Below, one piece after another: positions 21,701 through 35,066 of a stretch of 50,960 nt of DNA. The DNA comes from Phoronis australis (Eukaryota; Animalia; Phoronida). Under the pieces are notes generated by a model, which was given only the letters and a program-made list of their open reading frames with translations, was not told the DNA's origin and searched no databases. A program made the translations under genes and the position numbers. Each line of letters starts with the position of its first letter. Position 1 is the first letter of the stretch. The stretch is from assembly GCA_002633005.1 (NCBI GenBank), contig NMRA01000111.1, positions 1 to 50,960 on the forward strand, written 5' to 3'.

Positions 21701-24700
21701 CAAATAGGTTAATGAAAACAGTGTGCAAGTTTCATGATAAAAATGCTGAAGGGTTGCAAACGGTCACCCAACAAATCATGATTACCTATGCCTAAGCTAA
21801 AGGAAACAGCAACGAAAAAACTTTATCTGGAAAATCCAGATTAAGTAAAATACAGCATTTGGCTCCGCACTAATGTAATGAAGGCAACCAAGAGTTACAT
21901 GGGGGTGGACGACTACCCAACCCAGTTCACCTATCCTCTGATTTGGCCCTGGAAATACCACTCATCACATAAAGATGTAATTTGCGACTAAACAAATTAA
22001 AAAGACCAAAGCAAAGCATTGAAATGCACCCACGACTGCACCACAAACAGTATACTTCTTGTTTATCAATATTATAAAAATGGCCACTAAGTGGCACAGA
22101 CCTGTCCAAAAATGGGAGGGTGAGGTGGTGTCATGGTCCTCCTCATAGAAACCTATTTGACTAATATAAAAATCCATCAAGGAACATTGAAGATGCAGAG
22201 GCATAGAAGTTCTACTAGGAGATGCAGCAGTAGTTGAATTCGTCTGAGAGACGTCATCTTCTGTTGGCACGCTCATAAGAATACACAAAGATCCTGTAAG
22301 GGGTTACGGTCTAAAGATCGTTTAGTCCATGCAAATTTGACATTGTTTTCCTTTTCTTCAGTGTATTTGGTAATATCTTTGATTAAAAATGGTGACTGAT
22401 CTATGATTTGTTTTGCAAGGTGTTTGTATGCCTTTTCCTTAAGCACTCAATATTCTCTTTGTTGCCGCATCAACTGTTTACTGATGATTGACAGGTCAAA
22501 AGCACAGTAGCCCCAACCACGCTAATCCTTTGAGATAAACAAGCCACATAACCGCTTCAGTCACATTGTTGTTTTCCCCCCCTTGGTAATCTGTGCAGAA
22601 CCTCCAATGTGGTTTACAGTTATCGTTGACTTGAAGCAGACATAAACAATTTAAATATAACAACAGCAAAAAATTGCTGATTGATGACAGAACGGCAGGT
22701 CTGAGTGATGCCCAACTTGCAGCATGACTAAACCCCAAAATTGCAAGTTGATGCGCCTGTTATTCTTTTAAATTAAACCTAACCATTTGTCAAATATTCG
22801 TTGACAATTCCTACATCTACTTTTCAACTCCTAACATAATTACCCAGTTTAAAAAACGTTCGACAAATTCCTTGGAGAAGTTCCTAATGTTATGTTTGCT
22901 TTTCTAACACCTGCGAACATGGCTGTTTCATTTATAATTTTGCACCATGAAATGTGACACCTGCATTTCTGTTGGATTGGGAGACATCAACTGTCGAATC
23001 TTCAGCTTTCATTGGCTAAGATATTATCTGTATTTGCCTCGTTTCCTGGTAGTTGTGTCCACGAATTTGCAAATAATTCACATGTTATGCAACCATGTAT
23101 GACAAATGAAATGAAAACGATCGCCAGAGAGCCCGTCAGAAGGGCACTTATCTTTTGAGTTAATCATCAACCATTAAATAATTGCAGCCGCTTCTTTTTT
23201 CAAAATGCCGAATAGTAAAGTTGCTAAAAACAAAATTGAAGCCAAATATTTTTATTAATTTATTTAAATTGTATAATACGTAATTTAAATACATTGTGAC
23301 AATTTACACCCATAGGATAGGTTCTAGTGCATTTTTTGAAAAACATTTACAAAGTCATTTTTTACATGTTCCAAAGGCTTTAAAGCTTTTTGATTATCGC
23401 TCGAAACATTATGGGAAACTCTCTTTGACTGAAAATAGGAACTATACAAAACACAAAACTGATCTTTTGGCTCAAGAAGATAGAGCCGCGATCACAAAAA
23501 TACCCCTAGGGGATGCCACAGTAATTGGATCTGCCTAAAAATCAACACCCGTCTGATATTCTTTGGTGGAACACATCTTCCAATTTTCATAATCATCCTT
23601 GCGGCAGTTTGAAAGAGAAAAAGTAAGACTCATAACTAATAAAAATGGCCACAAGGTGATGCAGTATACGTCAAATCTGCTTGAAAATGAGGTGTTACTG
23701 TATAACAGAAAGGGCCCATTCTGCCAAATTGCAAGCAAACCCATCAAGGGATTCTGAAGATACAGAAGCCAACATAAAATACTAAAATTCCCATTAAGGG
23801 ACACAGCCGTAGTCAGATCTGTCATCTGTCATCATCTCCATAGGAACACATTTTGCTAACTTTCATGAAGATCCAACAAGGGTTTTAGAGAAGCAGTGGA
23901 CTCTGGACAGAGATGATGGCAATATGTGACCACATATGTATATGTGAGCGCATAGCAAGCGGACAGTTCCATATTCATTGACAACTGACATTTAGATTTT
24001 TATAGTTTTTGTACAGTACACAGTATTGTACATATGAAATTACTCACAAAATTCAAACTTGATACAAAAAGCACATACCCCAACCTGTCCAGGAGTGCAC
24101 CGATACTTTTCTCGTTTGACTTGTTCTCGATAAACTCCCTGAAAAAGCAAAATCAACTTTCAGAAACAAGGCAAGAGTTACTTGGCTAAAAAGGAACAGA
24201 GTGTACAGTCTCCATTCACAACTGACCGTATTTGGTGACATGCCTCTGGACCATACAAAAAGTACCAACCACAGGGGAAATTATATACAACCGTAAGTAA
24301 TAGGCTATGCAGGGCCCTAACAGCAGGGGTGGGGGTGTGGGGTGGGAGTGTGTGTGATTACCCTGTATAGAAATGTTCAAAAAGGCCAAGTTTAATGATA
24401 GGCAAGACTGAATTTATTGGGCTCTCTGGTTTTCAGTAATTTTCACTCAAAAGTTATCAACAGGTCCCAGGCATAAGTTACCCACAAAGACCACCAGCTG
24501 CCTATGGTTTTAGCCAGTGGCACAGATTGGTAGAACAACTTACTGTAAATGAACTTGAAAAACACAAAACTGCCTTTGCATATGAAATTATTTGTTCCAT
24601 TATTTAGATAAAATGTAAAAAGTAAATGTAAAATGCAAATGCCAAAACGGTGAACCCAGGCAGTACTAAAGTTATATAACAAACTGTCCGATTTTTACTT

Positions 24701-27700
24701 ACTGTGCTTGCTGCATTATATTCATCCGAAGCGTCACCGACCCTGTGGTGGCCGTGCGGAACCCCAGCTTACTCAACAGTGAACCCTGAACAAATGAGAA
24801 ATGAGTGGTTGAACCCAACTCCAGGGAAATTTCAGCAAATCAAAAAGCCAAGGGCTTACAATGTTTTTTCTTCGAGTCTGATTTAGATGTGCCTATAACA
24901 TTTGCCTACGCTTTTTCTAAGGTTTTGTCTCTAATAAAACATTGGCTTTAGTTAAAATTTTTATAAAAATTCACTCTCAAAAAGTTACAACTGTTAAATG
25001 AAACATTCCGGTACAGAACAAACACTTCACAATCTGACCAGAATGATCAGTCACTTTTGGAAGCAATTTCTATTTTAACAAATAAAAAATTGAATCCATT
25101 GCAATGGATAAAAAAATTTTCCAACACTTTTTTCTTTCTCTCATACCTCATCTTGGGTACAACTAGTTTTGACAATCAGAATCTTAAAATACAAAATTTG
25201 TTTTATTTAATAACAGCACTAAAAATAACTAATTTAACTCTACAGAACTTTTAACAAATGACGGACTAGAGGAGTTCCCTTCTCTTCCAGGAAGGGAATT
25301 ATAAAGCCCACAGACCACACTCATTTAGCTTACATCAAATGACGATGGAGTAGCCACATAAGTGGGATCCTCTAGCTCTGGTGAACCACCAATAAAGAAC
25401 CTCCTCATCTCATCTGCTAACGTTCTGCCTAATGGCCGCCAGCAGTTGATTGTTTCTGTGTATACACCTGATTTAAACAAGACAACAGTGAACAGGGGAG
25501 ACAATTAGTATGCTGTTATAGTTGGCAATTTGAGATGAAGAACGACCTTTGGTTAGACACTTGTAATTTTGGCAGACACGCAAATGCATGATACTGTTAT
25601 TGTATGAGGTGAGCTTTTTGGAACTACGCACATGGAAAATTATGAGTTTGCATTCAGTATCAGGATTAATTTTTTTGTATCTTCTAAAAAGGACCGTCAG
25701 CTTTCTAAAATATTAATTAGAATAAAATTGTTAAAATTCCAAGGGATAGTGTCATTTTTTATTAACTTGTGCATTTAATGTATTGAATTGACATGATTTC
25801 TTCAAGAGACATAGTCATTAATACTACATAGTAATCACAAATGAGATGATTGCATATGTTTACAGTCAAGGTTCAGGACACGGCTTTGGCATGTTTAGCT
25901 TCCAAATGCACACAGGCAGAACCACTCTAGTGGTTGGACAAATGAATGCTTTTGCCTATCAGTTGCAAGTCATGGTCAGTCTGAGCACAGTATCTGATCT
26001 GAAGATGTTTACAGACTGACAGTTGGATTTAGTGGACAAGTCAGAGTATTCAACAACTGATTACTTCAATCTCTGCTCTCAGTAAAACATTTTCCTGACT
26101 GTGAAAGATACCTGGTTTACATGGCAATGTTAAGTACCCATAACCCTCTGTCCTTGTTCTTTGCCAGCGATCAAGGGAGATAACTTCAAAATACAGCTGT
26201 GGCCAATGAGGTATTTCATCTACAAAATATGATTGTTACATTTGTCACACATTTTTGTGTTTCAATAAATTCTAGTAGCCATACTTCATGAAAGTTTCCC
26301 TTGTTATCACAAGTAACTTATTCATGCTGAGTAATGAAATAAGTTAACAATTATCAGATTCTGAAATAATAGAGTTTTACAATAGTAAGCAAAGCATGTT
26401 AGATGCTCATGTGGATCTTAACTCCCTCAAAAGAGTTCAAAGACAAAAAGTTCTGTCAAACAGGAGAGGAGGCAACTTGAACCACCATGAGATTCTTTCA
26501 TAAATTCTGAAAGAGATTATATATATATATATATATATATATATACTCCGTTTTCTTAATTGTTTTATAAGAACATAGCTGCAGTGTGACTGAACTCTTC
26601 ACAAACCTTGGTTGTCCGGATTGATGTAGTCGTTTTTGTAAAAAAGTTCAAATGTGAAGGGGTAGCTGAAGTTGGCAACATTATCCTGTAAAACAAAGCA
26701 TCAATGATCTGTAACAACATGCAATTATCAAAATAAATACACTCCACCAGTTGTTAACTTTCCGGTAAATATCCAGTTACTCAGTCATGACAAATGGCTA
26801 ATATGATGGTAAATTTCGAATACGCTCCGCCATCACGATGGTGGAAATTCTGGGTATTTGTTTGTAATAACTTCGGACATGTACTTAGATGCATTCTGGA
26901 GACTTACGACACTAGTGTGATCATGTGATTCAGTTGCAATACATAACAAGACCTTACAATGTCTTGCACGATCTTGTGTTTTTGTGAGTTTCTCGGGTCT
27001 TTTGGAAAGCAGCTCTGTAGTTCTACAGCTTGACAGTTGTCTTCCGAGTTTGTTTTCTATACCATGTGTAGCAGGCTGTCTTTTCACTGCCAGCAACCAT
27101 AAGAAATTTGCAAGCAATTTCACAATACATAGACAGTGGATGGTGATAGGCAGCTTACAGTCAATGTTGCAATGACCCATTTATATTGACAAACACAAAA
27201 AGTAACATTCTCAAAGTAACCAGACAATGCGTGAACAGGTCAGGTTGTTGTGTAAAAAAGGCCACAAGAACGACTCAGAAGACTTACGCGCCCCACAACA
27301 GTGGTTGCACATGTAGGTGTTGTTCCTGAAAGAGGCTGATGGGGACTAGACCGCCAGTCTGAAATACAGAAATTTCACATTATTTGAATATAAGCAATGC
27401 TAAGCTTCTTCATGCTGCAGTATAAACATATTTCCCAAAATTGTTTTGAACAATTAAAAATAAGACAGTTTTAGTCAGTAATGACCACTTGGCATGTAAG
27501 TGAATGGACAAAATACATTATTATTCAATGTTTTCATAAAATATTAAATATGGATTTACTGTAGATAGAGTTGACACTTAAAGTTGTTAATAAATGCCAT
27601 ATCTTACTTTTCGGAAGCTCCACGAAAAAGTGAACAAAGAGGTTGTCATACTCAAAGTCCTTTGCAGATACTGAAAGAAAACACAAATAAGTTGTAAATC

Positions 27701-30700
27701 AAATGCTTTCAATAGAACACTAGATATTCACTGGGTGGTCTTGAACAAGAAAGGGATTTATTTTTTCATTTAAATGAAGTGAGGTATGGATCTCAGATGC
27801 CACTGGCTGATATAGATAGGCACGCCGTTGCATTATAAGTGGTACTGGTAAATGTCGAGCTCCTCCAAAGGCACACAATGAGATTTCAAATTAAACAAAA
27901 CACATGCTGAGCTAATGTTACAGCTGTAAATGGGACAATACTGCCATACATCAGTAGATGAGTGAGCAACAGATATAGTATAAAGTTGCAGGTGCCAAAC
28001 TTTACGTACTCAGATCACCCAGCACAAAATATCGAAGAACTTCGGGAGGTGGCTGAAAAATAAAATACACACTTTTTAATTATTAGACCATGCTACAGAG
28101 AGTCACCAGCAAGCCTAGGCTAAGACTATGGGTAATTAATAGAAGTCCAAATATGTATTCAAATTCACTACACATTACACAAATAGTACAGTAGTTAGTA
28201 AAAAAAGGTTTGTTTTGAGTTTTAAGAGACAAACAACCTCCTAATTAAAAGTGAGGTTTGCATGTTACATACCATTTCAAATTCGTGACCAACACAGGCA
28301 ATTAAAAACTCTGTGTGCCTGCTGTAGAGCTGAAAAGAAAAAAGAATATCAAAGCTTTGTAAGAGTGTTGTAGCAAAGGGTTCCGCAACTGTTTACACAT
28401 TTCAAATTTCTAAAGTTTCACTTATGGATTTGAAAAAGAACTTGACACGCAGTGGTCATGGGTAATTGAACTACAATTATGAAACTTACACAAAAGCATA
28501 AATATCACACTCTCCAAATTCTTTCTACCTCACAAGCAGTAATGCCCAAGCAGTAAAATGATGAGCATTTTGAGAATCCAATCTTAAAAAATGTGAAAAC
28601 AACAATAACGGCAATTACTCGAATCTCAAATAGAGGCGTTTATATCAAGATTTTCAAACTTTCTCGGATGAACAATAGACCCTATTAATAACTTTTTTAC
28701 CTCCTTGTACATTTTGCTCTCTTTATCTTGTTCTTGTCTCATGATTTCTTTTGAGGAATGTTGAATAGTGTATTCAAAATTATCTACAAAACAGAAACCC
28801 AGTCTCAAGAAACGAACTATCATAAGCATAATAAACAAGCAACTGTTTAACACATGTGACTAAAAAAGGCCAATCAATTATTCAAGAACAACACTTTCAA
28901 GTAAAATTAAGTGAAGCGGTCACTTAAGCAAGCAATATCAAATTGTGAAATTTGGCAACTTTAGCCAAGATATACCTCTACTCATAGTTGTGGTTTCAAC
29001 AACGTAGGGCTTGGTTTTGTTATTGAAGTCTGGCTGAATACTCAGAACACCGTTACAATCAACTTTGATCACAGCCAGCACATATTCATCATCTATAGTT
29101 GCATCTCTGAAACATAAATAAGTAACATTTAACAACAAACACAAACAACAACACTGAATACTAATCTTTTTGAAGGGTGCATTTTAAGTAAATGCACCTA
29201 TGTTTGAAATTATGCATTTCTTCCAAAGATTACCTCTACCAAGTGTTTTGCACTTACATGTACCTGTAGGTGTGCCAGAGTGCACAGCCATGTCTTAAAG
29301 TGGATCTTTTTATATGCTTTTTATTAGTTTTGCATACTTTTCAAATTTGTTAAATTTGAATGATAAATTTGACTGTCAACACCTACTGTATTGAATAAGC
29401 CAACTTTCACTCGCAAACTTTTCAACCTGCACTTTAGTTTTGATTAAATGTTTAATATCAAGTCACATGTGTCTGAATTAGGTTACAGGCAATATCACAT
29501 ACAGGTGCATGGGTGGACGTGTTCACAAGTAACGTAACATCCAACACTAGGAATCCAAATTTGTTTCAAACAGCCAAAATTCCAACTTTTGCTGTAGACT
29601 TCATTCAGAAGATCAAGGTATGTTCATATAAGGACAGACGAAACATAAGGTGAACAAAGTAGAAATGAAAAGTTTCACAAAACTCTGTTCAGAATGTAAT
29701 AGGGCTCGCTAATCCTAATTCGATGAATCAGCTTGGTAAGTCCTGAACAAGTCACAAGAACAAGGTGATAATGTTTAACTACTACGCAAAAAATTGATCA
29801 CCAAATAAGATAGCAGCAAAATTATACATATATATCATTAAATGTACTTCTTCAATTACCACTGTGCACAAATTGCTGGCTTCACCAGGAGGAATTTTAG
29901 GGCTACTGTATCCCTTCTATGGTAACCTTCACACAATATGTAAATTTCATTTCATCAAATTTCTCGACAACAAAAATTTAATTATATTTCCATGATTTGC
30001 AGCGAGGTGATCCGCCTTCAAAAATTGACAATTTTGACAATTGCTTTTGTGCAAAATTACCAAAAAAATAATTGTACTTGACATTCTAAGTTTTTACAGT
30101 CACAAGTAATAAAACAAAACATTATGTTCTATAAAGCAATATTAACAGTAACTTTTAACGTAAAGCCTCACCTTTGTTTGGGACTTAAGTCAGCCATAAT
30201 ATACATTTGTCCCTCTGGATAGCTCATAACGCGGTTTTTCTTAATCACTTCAGGAGTCGGCTTCAGATCAACAATATTGACTTTAGGAACGATATCATTA
30301 TCACTACAACGAGAACGTTGTTTCACACAGTACGAAAAATAAACAAAATAACACAGGTTCTTTAAAAAAATATCAGCCATTATTTCAAGCACATATTAAC
30401 AATAGAATAATATGCAAAGATTTGTTTTATTCTATTCAAGTACAATTTCATCAATTAATTTGCTCAAAATACATATTACACATCATCCTTCAAAAACTCT
30501 AAACACAAAACTTTCAGATTTCACCCAGTTTCAAAATTAGACAAATGTGTGGGATTAGCCTACATCAAAACAATAATAACACGTCACTTTTAAAACTTGA
30601 AAGAAAGAAAGAAATGGAGTACAGTTTGCATTGCGGGAGTCCTTTACAGGAGCCCTGTAATTTGAATGCAGTAGAAAAGTAGCAAGTCAAACTATATTTT

Positions 30701-33700
30701 ATACAAGTTGCAAGCTAAGAATCTCAAGTCTGTAAGAACAGATACAGGGAAGACAGTTGTTAAATATAAAGAAGACACCTGTGTTTCTCAGCAAATAAGC
30801 AAACAGCATTGATAAAAAGGAAGAGACTTCTAAGTTGTCTATAAAGTTTGCAGAAGAAAGATAGAGAAGCATCATTTTGTTTACCTTGATCCATCTAAAC
30901 TAGAAACCGGAATAAAATTACAAGTAAATTCGTGACTACTGTGCACTCAATCAGCATCTAAACTTATCTAATGGATAAACACAACTCCGCTAAAAAGCAC
31001 ATTAACTTCATGACAGTGAAAAATACAGACTGACAGAGGACACAAGGCAAATATGAGTATGCGGAGATATGGTTTGATACAGTGATGTCAAAACCATTAG
31101 CAAACATTGACTAATCTTTGTAAGTAATGTACATCAAACGATACTTGCTCTGACGCATGAAGGCATTGTATTTTGAATGATACTTGCTCAGACTTAAATC
31201 CTCCAAGGTCGTGACACTCACAATACATGATGTTTTCAATTATTGATATTCAAAGTTACCAAAACGTGTAGTTCACTCATCCACAAATCCTTACAGTATA
31301 AATCGACCTCTTACAGCTTTACATGATAAACAGACCTCTTAATTCAACTAACTTTATTCAAATCGATTCACAAGCCAATTGCACAAGACAGTTTTGGACA
31401 CAAATCCTTGGTCACAAGCCAATTGCACATGACAGTTTTGGACACAAATCCTACGTTACAAGCCAGTTGCACTAGACAGTTTTGGACACAAATCCTAGGT
31501 CATGTAATAAAACGCCATGAATAAATTCAAACCTACTTTTTCCTTCGATAAGTTCGTGGTTTTCGATGTCGAATCTCTGACACGTAATTTGAGAGATACG
31601 AAGGCTGTTCATTAGCAGATGTGGTCACTCGTTGAAAAGTCTGAAAATTAACAAATATCGGAAATTATTTGTCAACCATAAAATTCTTCAAGTTCACAAC
31701 AAATGACCCCAAAAAGATAAAGTATACGTCTGAAAAAGAAATTATCAATATTTTCAAACCCTATTTAGAAGTAGCAAAGTGTCTCAACAGTTTGTGTTGT
31801 AAAATTCCTTTAAGAAACAAAAGAATTTGATTTGATGTCAGCGAGAATCATATTTTTTTGCTGATTTATCATCCCCAAGGCTACTATAATTACACAATGA
31901 GTTTTAAAATTAAAATAAAATTATGAAAAAGTTATTGATTTTGACATTTTCACTAATTTGTGATATAATGTGAGTCAATGGGATTCAGCATTCATTTACA
32001 CTTACAATAAGCAATACGAGTTACCTGGCTCTGATGAACATACGGATCACTATTTGTGTAGGAGAACAGTCTCGTTGTAGGTTTTCCAACTTCCCTGTCA
32101 ACAACAAATAGTGATTTACCAATACAAATACAAGTTTGTGAACTAAAAAAAGTTAATAACAATAATCATCACTGTTGAATTAAGGAAAAATAAAGAGTGT
32201 GGTCAGAGGGGTCAGTGCCAGTTACACAGGTATGTTTTCAGCCCATCACAATGAGGTTGTATTGTGCATTCTCAAAGATTTGACACAAATTTCTAAAACT
32301 GAGCGAGAACAGAACAAATGTTGACACTTGTTGCAATATGAGTTAGAATCCATGAACGGTGTTGCACTAGAAGGATTTTGTAGCCAAAGGTGCCTATCAA
32401 GTTTTGTGTCATACGCCCACCATAGTAACAGATGCTACGGGCCCACAAATGTAAATCTAATATGGCAGGACGTCATTTCAAGTGTACTAAAGCAGCAGAT
32501 TCTGTACGATGTACTTTCATCCTACCTCTGTAAAACTGTTATAAAATAAAGCTGCATTGTGAAAACGGGTCCTAGCAAAGCAAACAAACTGTTGGATATA
32601 GCAGCATACCCACAATACCAAGACTTGATTCATTCAAAGATTATGCCTGCAGTTCATTGACACATCAACCTTCATTAAAAGATGTTTGATATTTTCAAAC
32701 AGGTAGCACTACCAGTAGTTTTTCACATTGTACTCCTATGTTCGGTGACAATTCTAAGTGCTTCAGTAAGTTACTTTATATCACCAATGATGTTGGGAAT
32801 CATTACTTCCATGGCATTGACAGTTATTGGATGTTTTTGTGTACACTGGCAAGCTAGTGTCACCAGGAATAAGGAAATATGTCTGGGTTGTCGACGAGGC
32901 CATGCTTCCATTAAGTCATATCAGCTGCCACCCAGTTAAGTTCCACGCTAGTTTTAATAATTGTTTACACACATTAGACACTACAAAAGTAAATGAAATA
33001 AAAACAATTGTGAAACCTAAGGTGAATTTCTCTCACTTTGTGTGCTCGTTTATCCAGTGTCCTACATGCTTTTATCAATGACAGGCAAGTTTTCCCCAGG
33101 TATTGTGGGTATAGTATAAAAGCATCGTTCAGCAGTTGCGGCCCGATGATGATGAGATGACATTGTCATTGTCCAGTACATAACTTTTATGTAAACGAGA
33201 GCAGGCCAAGTGGTTAGAACTACGCCAAAAGAAATGTAAACATTATGCTTTGCAAGTAAGTAGTCTAAAGAACATGTGTGCATGCCTATCACACGAAAAC
33301 ACTTTGTTTAAAACCCATAGTTTGCAAGAAGCTACTTATAACTTTTACAAGATTCCCTTATTGAAAAGCAGTTCAAACCAGTTAATCTCTTGGACCCTTT
33401 GAAGAAATTTACTGTGCATCAAATTCAAATACAACATCTATGGTCGCAAAACTAATGCTTAACGGCCCAACTGGTGACGACTAAAGGGTCCAGGTGTTCA
33501 CAACTGCACCAGCAAAGTTCAAAGAACTCAAACAGAGTGAATAATTGTGGCTTGACTTTGTGCTAATACAGTTACTAAGAAATACGATATGCAACACAAA
33601 TGAGTGAGTGTTTAATGACTGCCCAACAATGCTCCCATTAAGAAGACTAATAGTACCTGATCTCCAACACTTGCTTGTGGTATTTCTTCTCAATCACATT

Positions 33701-34806
33701 CTCACAGTTGGTTTCACTACTGTAGAGATCAATTTCTCTCTGTAAATAAGACCATATTTGAGAATGGTGACTTATGTTCTAGCTAGATTTCTGGCTTAAC
33801 TGTCTTAAAATTTAACGGTCCAAGAATTCCTTTGAAGGAATTACGTTAATTAACCTCTACAAAAGGGGTGCTTCTGGAACAAAAGGGTGACTTTTTCATG
33901 GAAACTTCCTACAAACTGGTCCCCTTTTTGAGTCCATTCTCTAAAGGGTTGAGTAACGCCACCTATTAACCAGAATAACAATAACATCAACAGCCAAGCC
34001 GAAGCTGAAGTCCGTGAGAGACGGACGCAACGTCACTAACTTTAGTAAGTTTTATTTCCAATATTAGATTCAAATTTTATCTGTGTAAAGGGTTGAGTAT
34101 CCTAATTATCCAGATAATCACTCACATCAAAAATATAGTCAAATAGTACTCTGAGTACACAAGTCAATATAGCTCTCAAAAAGACAGTTATTCAAAGAGT
34201 AATATCCAAACTTCCTCCTTATCACTATAACTATGAGACAAAAACAAATTAGTCCAAGTTTTACCTGACTGAAGACCTTTTCTTGCCAGGAGAATGTATA
34301 TTCATCTGTGTCTGTTTGACCAGCTTGATTTCTCTGGAGATCCTGTAATTCCAGATCTTGTCTACCTTCCTTTTCAACCACAGCCTGTGGAACTATACTT
34401 ACTGCAGTGACTCTTGACAATTTAACCCTAAAATATGCAGAGATGTAGTACCATGTAGTTGGCGGGGTGTCAATTGTTCACACTGGTTAGCATGGTTTGC
34501 ACCAAATTATCATCAGTTAACCGAGACATGTCTATTGAAGTCCTTAGGAGCTACACCGTCTGTAGTCAGCTAGACTAGAGACGGTGGTCACTGTCTAAGC
34601 TAAGAATCACAAGAATGGTGCCCGTTAAACGTTCAGTTCAGACAGAGTGGGCGAAACTGGTTCTAAAAATCAGGACCAGCAAACCTGAGTATTGTTCAAA
34701 ATCAAATAAAAACAGGATGATAAAAATACCTGATTTTCAGATTTTTCACGGGGTCTCTTGACCTATAATACACAGTGCCAAAATCTGGTTCGTACAAATC
34801 CGCCAT
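18499..34806 (-). CDS. MKS1: Meckel syndrome type 1 protein (B9/C2 domain, ciliary transition zone), complete spliced CDS, 19 exons, ~593 aa
   Basis: Minus-strand exons 34806-34730, 34427-34265, 33739-33657, 32094-32025, 31640-31537, 30303-30172, 29106-28976, 28783-28701, 28329-28273, 28052-28010, 27670-27608, 27358-27288, 26685-26607, 26219-26112, 25467-25334, 24785-24703, 24138-24079, 21026-20989, 18701-18499. All are GT-AG and phase-consistent, totalling 1782 nt. MKS1 hallmark peptides: [116 protein letters not shown]. Confidence 0.95.
19086..19680. mobile_element. PIF/Harbinger-like MITE (~595 bp)
   Basis: TIRs ggggcctgttccaagaaa(ac)tgac and gtcaatttcttggaacgggcccc. Confidence 0.7.
20071..20166. 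repeat. Two tandem hairpin units gtacaccccaaa..ttttgggtgtac (TE fragment) next to a single N
   Basis: Direct reading. Confidence 0.6.
20989..21026 (-). CDS. MKS1: MKS1 exon 18
   Basis: [12 protein letters not shown] (cf. SQQSSIHNVL); tttgcag acceptor, gtaagt donor. Confidence 0.85.
21231..21840. mobile_element. MITE with ~100-bp diverged TIRs; internal part related to 35440-35800
   Basis: ctggattt..agataa...cgtttgcaaccctt vs aagggttgcaaacg...ttatctggaaaatccag; shared internal aaaattctacttgtgcttatag. Confidence 0.65.
24079..24138 (-). CDS. MKS1: MKS1 exon 17
   Basis: [19 protein letters not shown]. Confidence 0.85.
24703..24785 (-). CDS. MKS1: MKS1 exon 16
   Basis: [27 protein letters not shown] (cf. 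LSRFGLRTETTGTV). Confidence 0.92.
25334..25467 (-). CDS. MKS1: MKS1 exon 15
   Basis: TINCWRPLG...[18 protein letters not shown]. Confidence 0.93.
26112..26219 (-). CDS. MKS1: MKS1 exon 14
   Basis: [34 protein letters not shown]. Confidence 0.93.
26518..26545. repeat. (AT)n microsatellite
   Basis: Direct reading. Confidence 0.95.
26607..26685 (-). CDS. MKS1: MKS1 exon 13
   Basis: [16 protein letters not shown]. Confidence 0.9.
27288..27358 (-). CDS. MKS1: MKS1 exon 12
   Basis: [23 protein letters not shown]. Confidence 0.88.
27608..27670 (-). CDS. MKS1: MKS1 exon 11
   Basis: [20 protein letters not shown]. Confidence 0.92.
28010..28052 (-). CDS. MKS1: MKS1 exon 10 (B9 domain start)
   Basis: [14 protein letters not shown]. 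Confidence 0.87.
28273..28329 (-). CDS. MKS1: MKS1 exon 9
   Basis: [19 protein letters not shown] (cf. LYGRHKEYLSSLVGTDFEM). Confidence 0.9.
28701..28783 (-). CDS. MKS1: MKS1 exon 8
   Basis: [12 protein letters not shown]...MYKE. Confidence 0.88.
28976..29106 (-). CDS. MKS1: MKS1 exon 7
   Basis: [22 protein letters not shown]. Confidence 0.92.
30172..30303 (-). CDS. MKS1: MKS1 exon 6
   Basis: [18 protein letters not shown]...[12 protein letters not shown]. Confidence 0.9.
30885..30899 (-). CDS. MKS1: Candidate 15-nt MKS1 microexon (adds about L-D-G-S)
   Basis: tttctag|TTTAGATGGATCAAG|gtaaac; frame-preserving, phase 2-2, no stop. Confidence 0.4.
31369..31502. repeat. 44-bp minisatellite, 3 copies
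   Basis: acaagccaattgcac..gacagttttggacacaaatcct at 31370, 31414 and 31458. Confidence 0.92.
31537..31640 (-). CDS. MKS1: MKS1 exon 5
   Basis: [27 protein letters not shown] (cf. QRMTTAASEVPSFL). Confidence 0.85.
32025..32094 (-). CDS. MKS1: MKS1 exon 4
   Basis: [23 protein letters not shown] (cf. RIFTYTDSDRY). Confidence 0.88.
33657..33739 (-). CDS. MKS1: MKS1 exon 3
   Basis: [27 protein letters not shown]. Confidence 0.88.
34265..34427 (-). CDS. MKS1: MKS1 exon 2
   Basis: VKLSRVT...[12 protein letters not shown]. Confidence 0.92.
34730..34806 (-). CDS. MKS1: MKS1 exon 1 ([25 protein letters not shown])
   Basis: AAAATGGCG start context; cf. human VYRSRDPVRNLRLRV. Confidence 0.92.
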
Positions 34807-35066
34807 TTTTACTGTTGTTGTTCGTAAGCGACACATCACGGTCTTTTAAGAAACCGGATTATGAGATCAGCTGCCGGGTTACTTGAACCCGCCTGGGTAG
34901 CCTACTACTACGCGGTTCGTCGTCTGACTTAATTAATGTCGATCGTTGAAATGTGAATACTTGTCATAGATACATACTGAGCAGATGTGGGGGAACCGCT
35001 TTACTGGTGCCAATTTCATATTTATGAACATATAATCGCTCCAACACTGACTATGTTTAGTGTCAA

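Noticed and set aside
29598-29617. Plus-strand mini-exon-like pattern (ttttgctgtag...AAG|gtatgt) antisense to MKS1
   Set aside because: An isolated 20-nt unit with no partner exons; expected by chance.
33200-33230. tRNA/SINE A-box-like GGCCAAGTGGTTAG
   Set aside because: No B-box or cloverleaf downstream.
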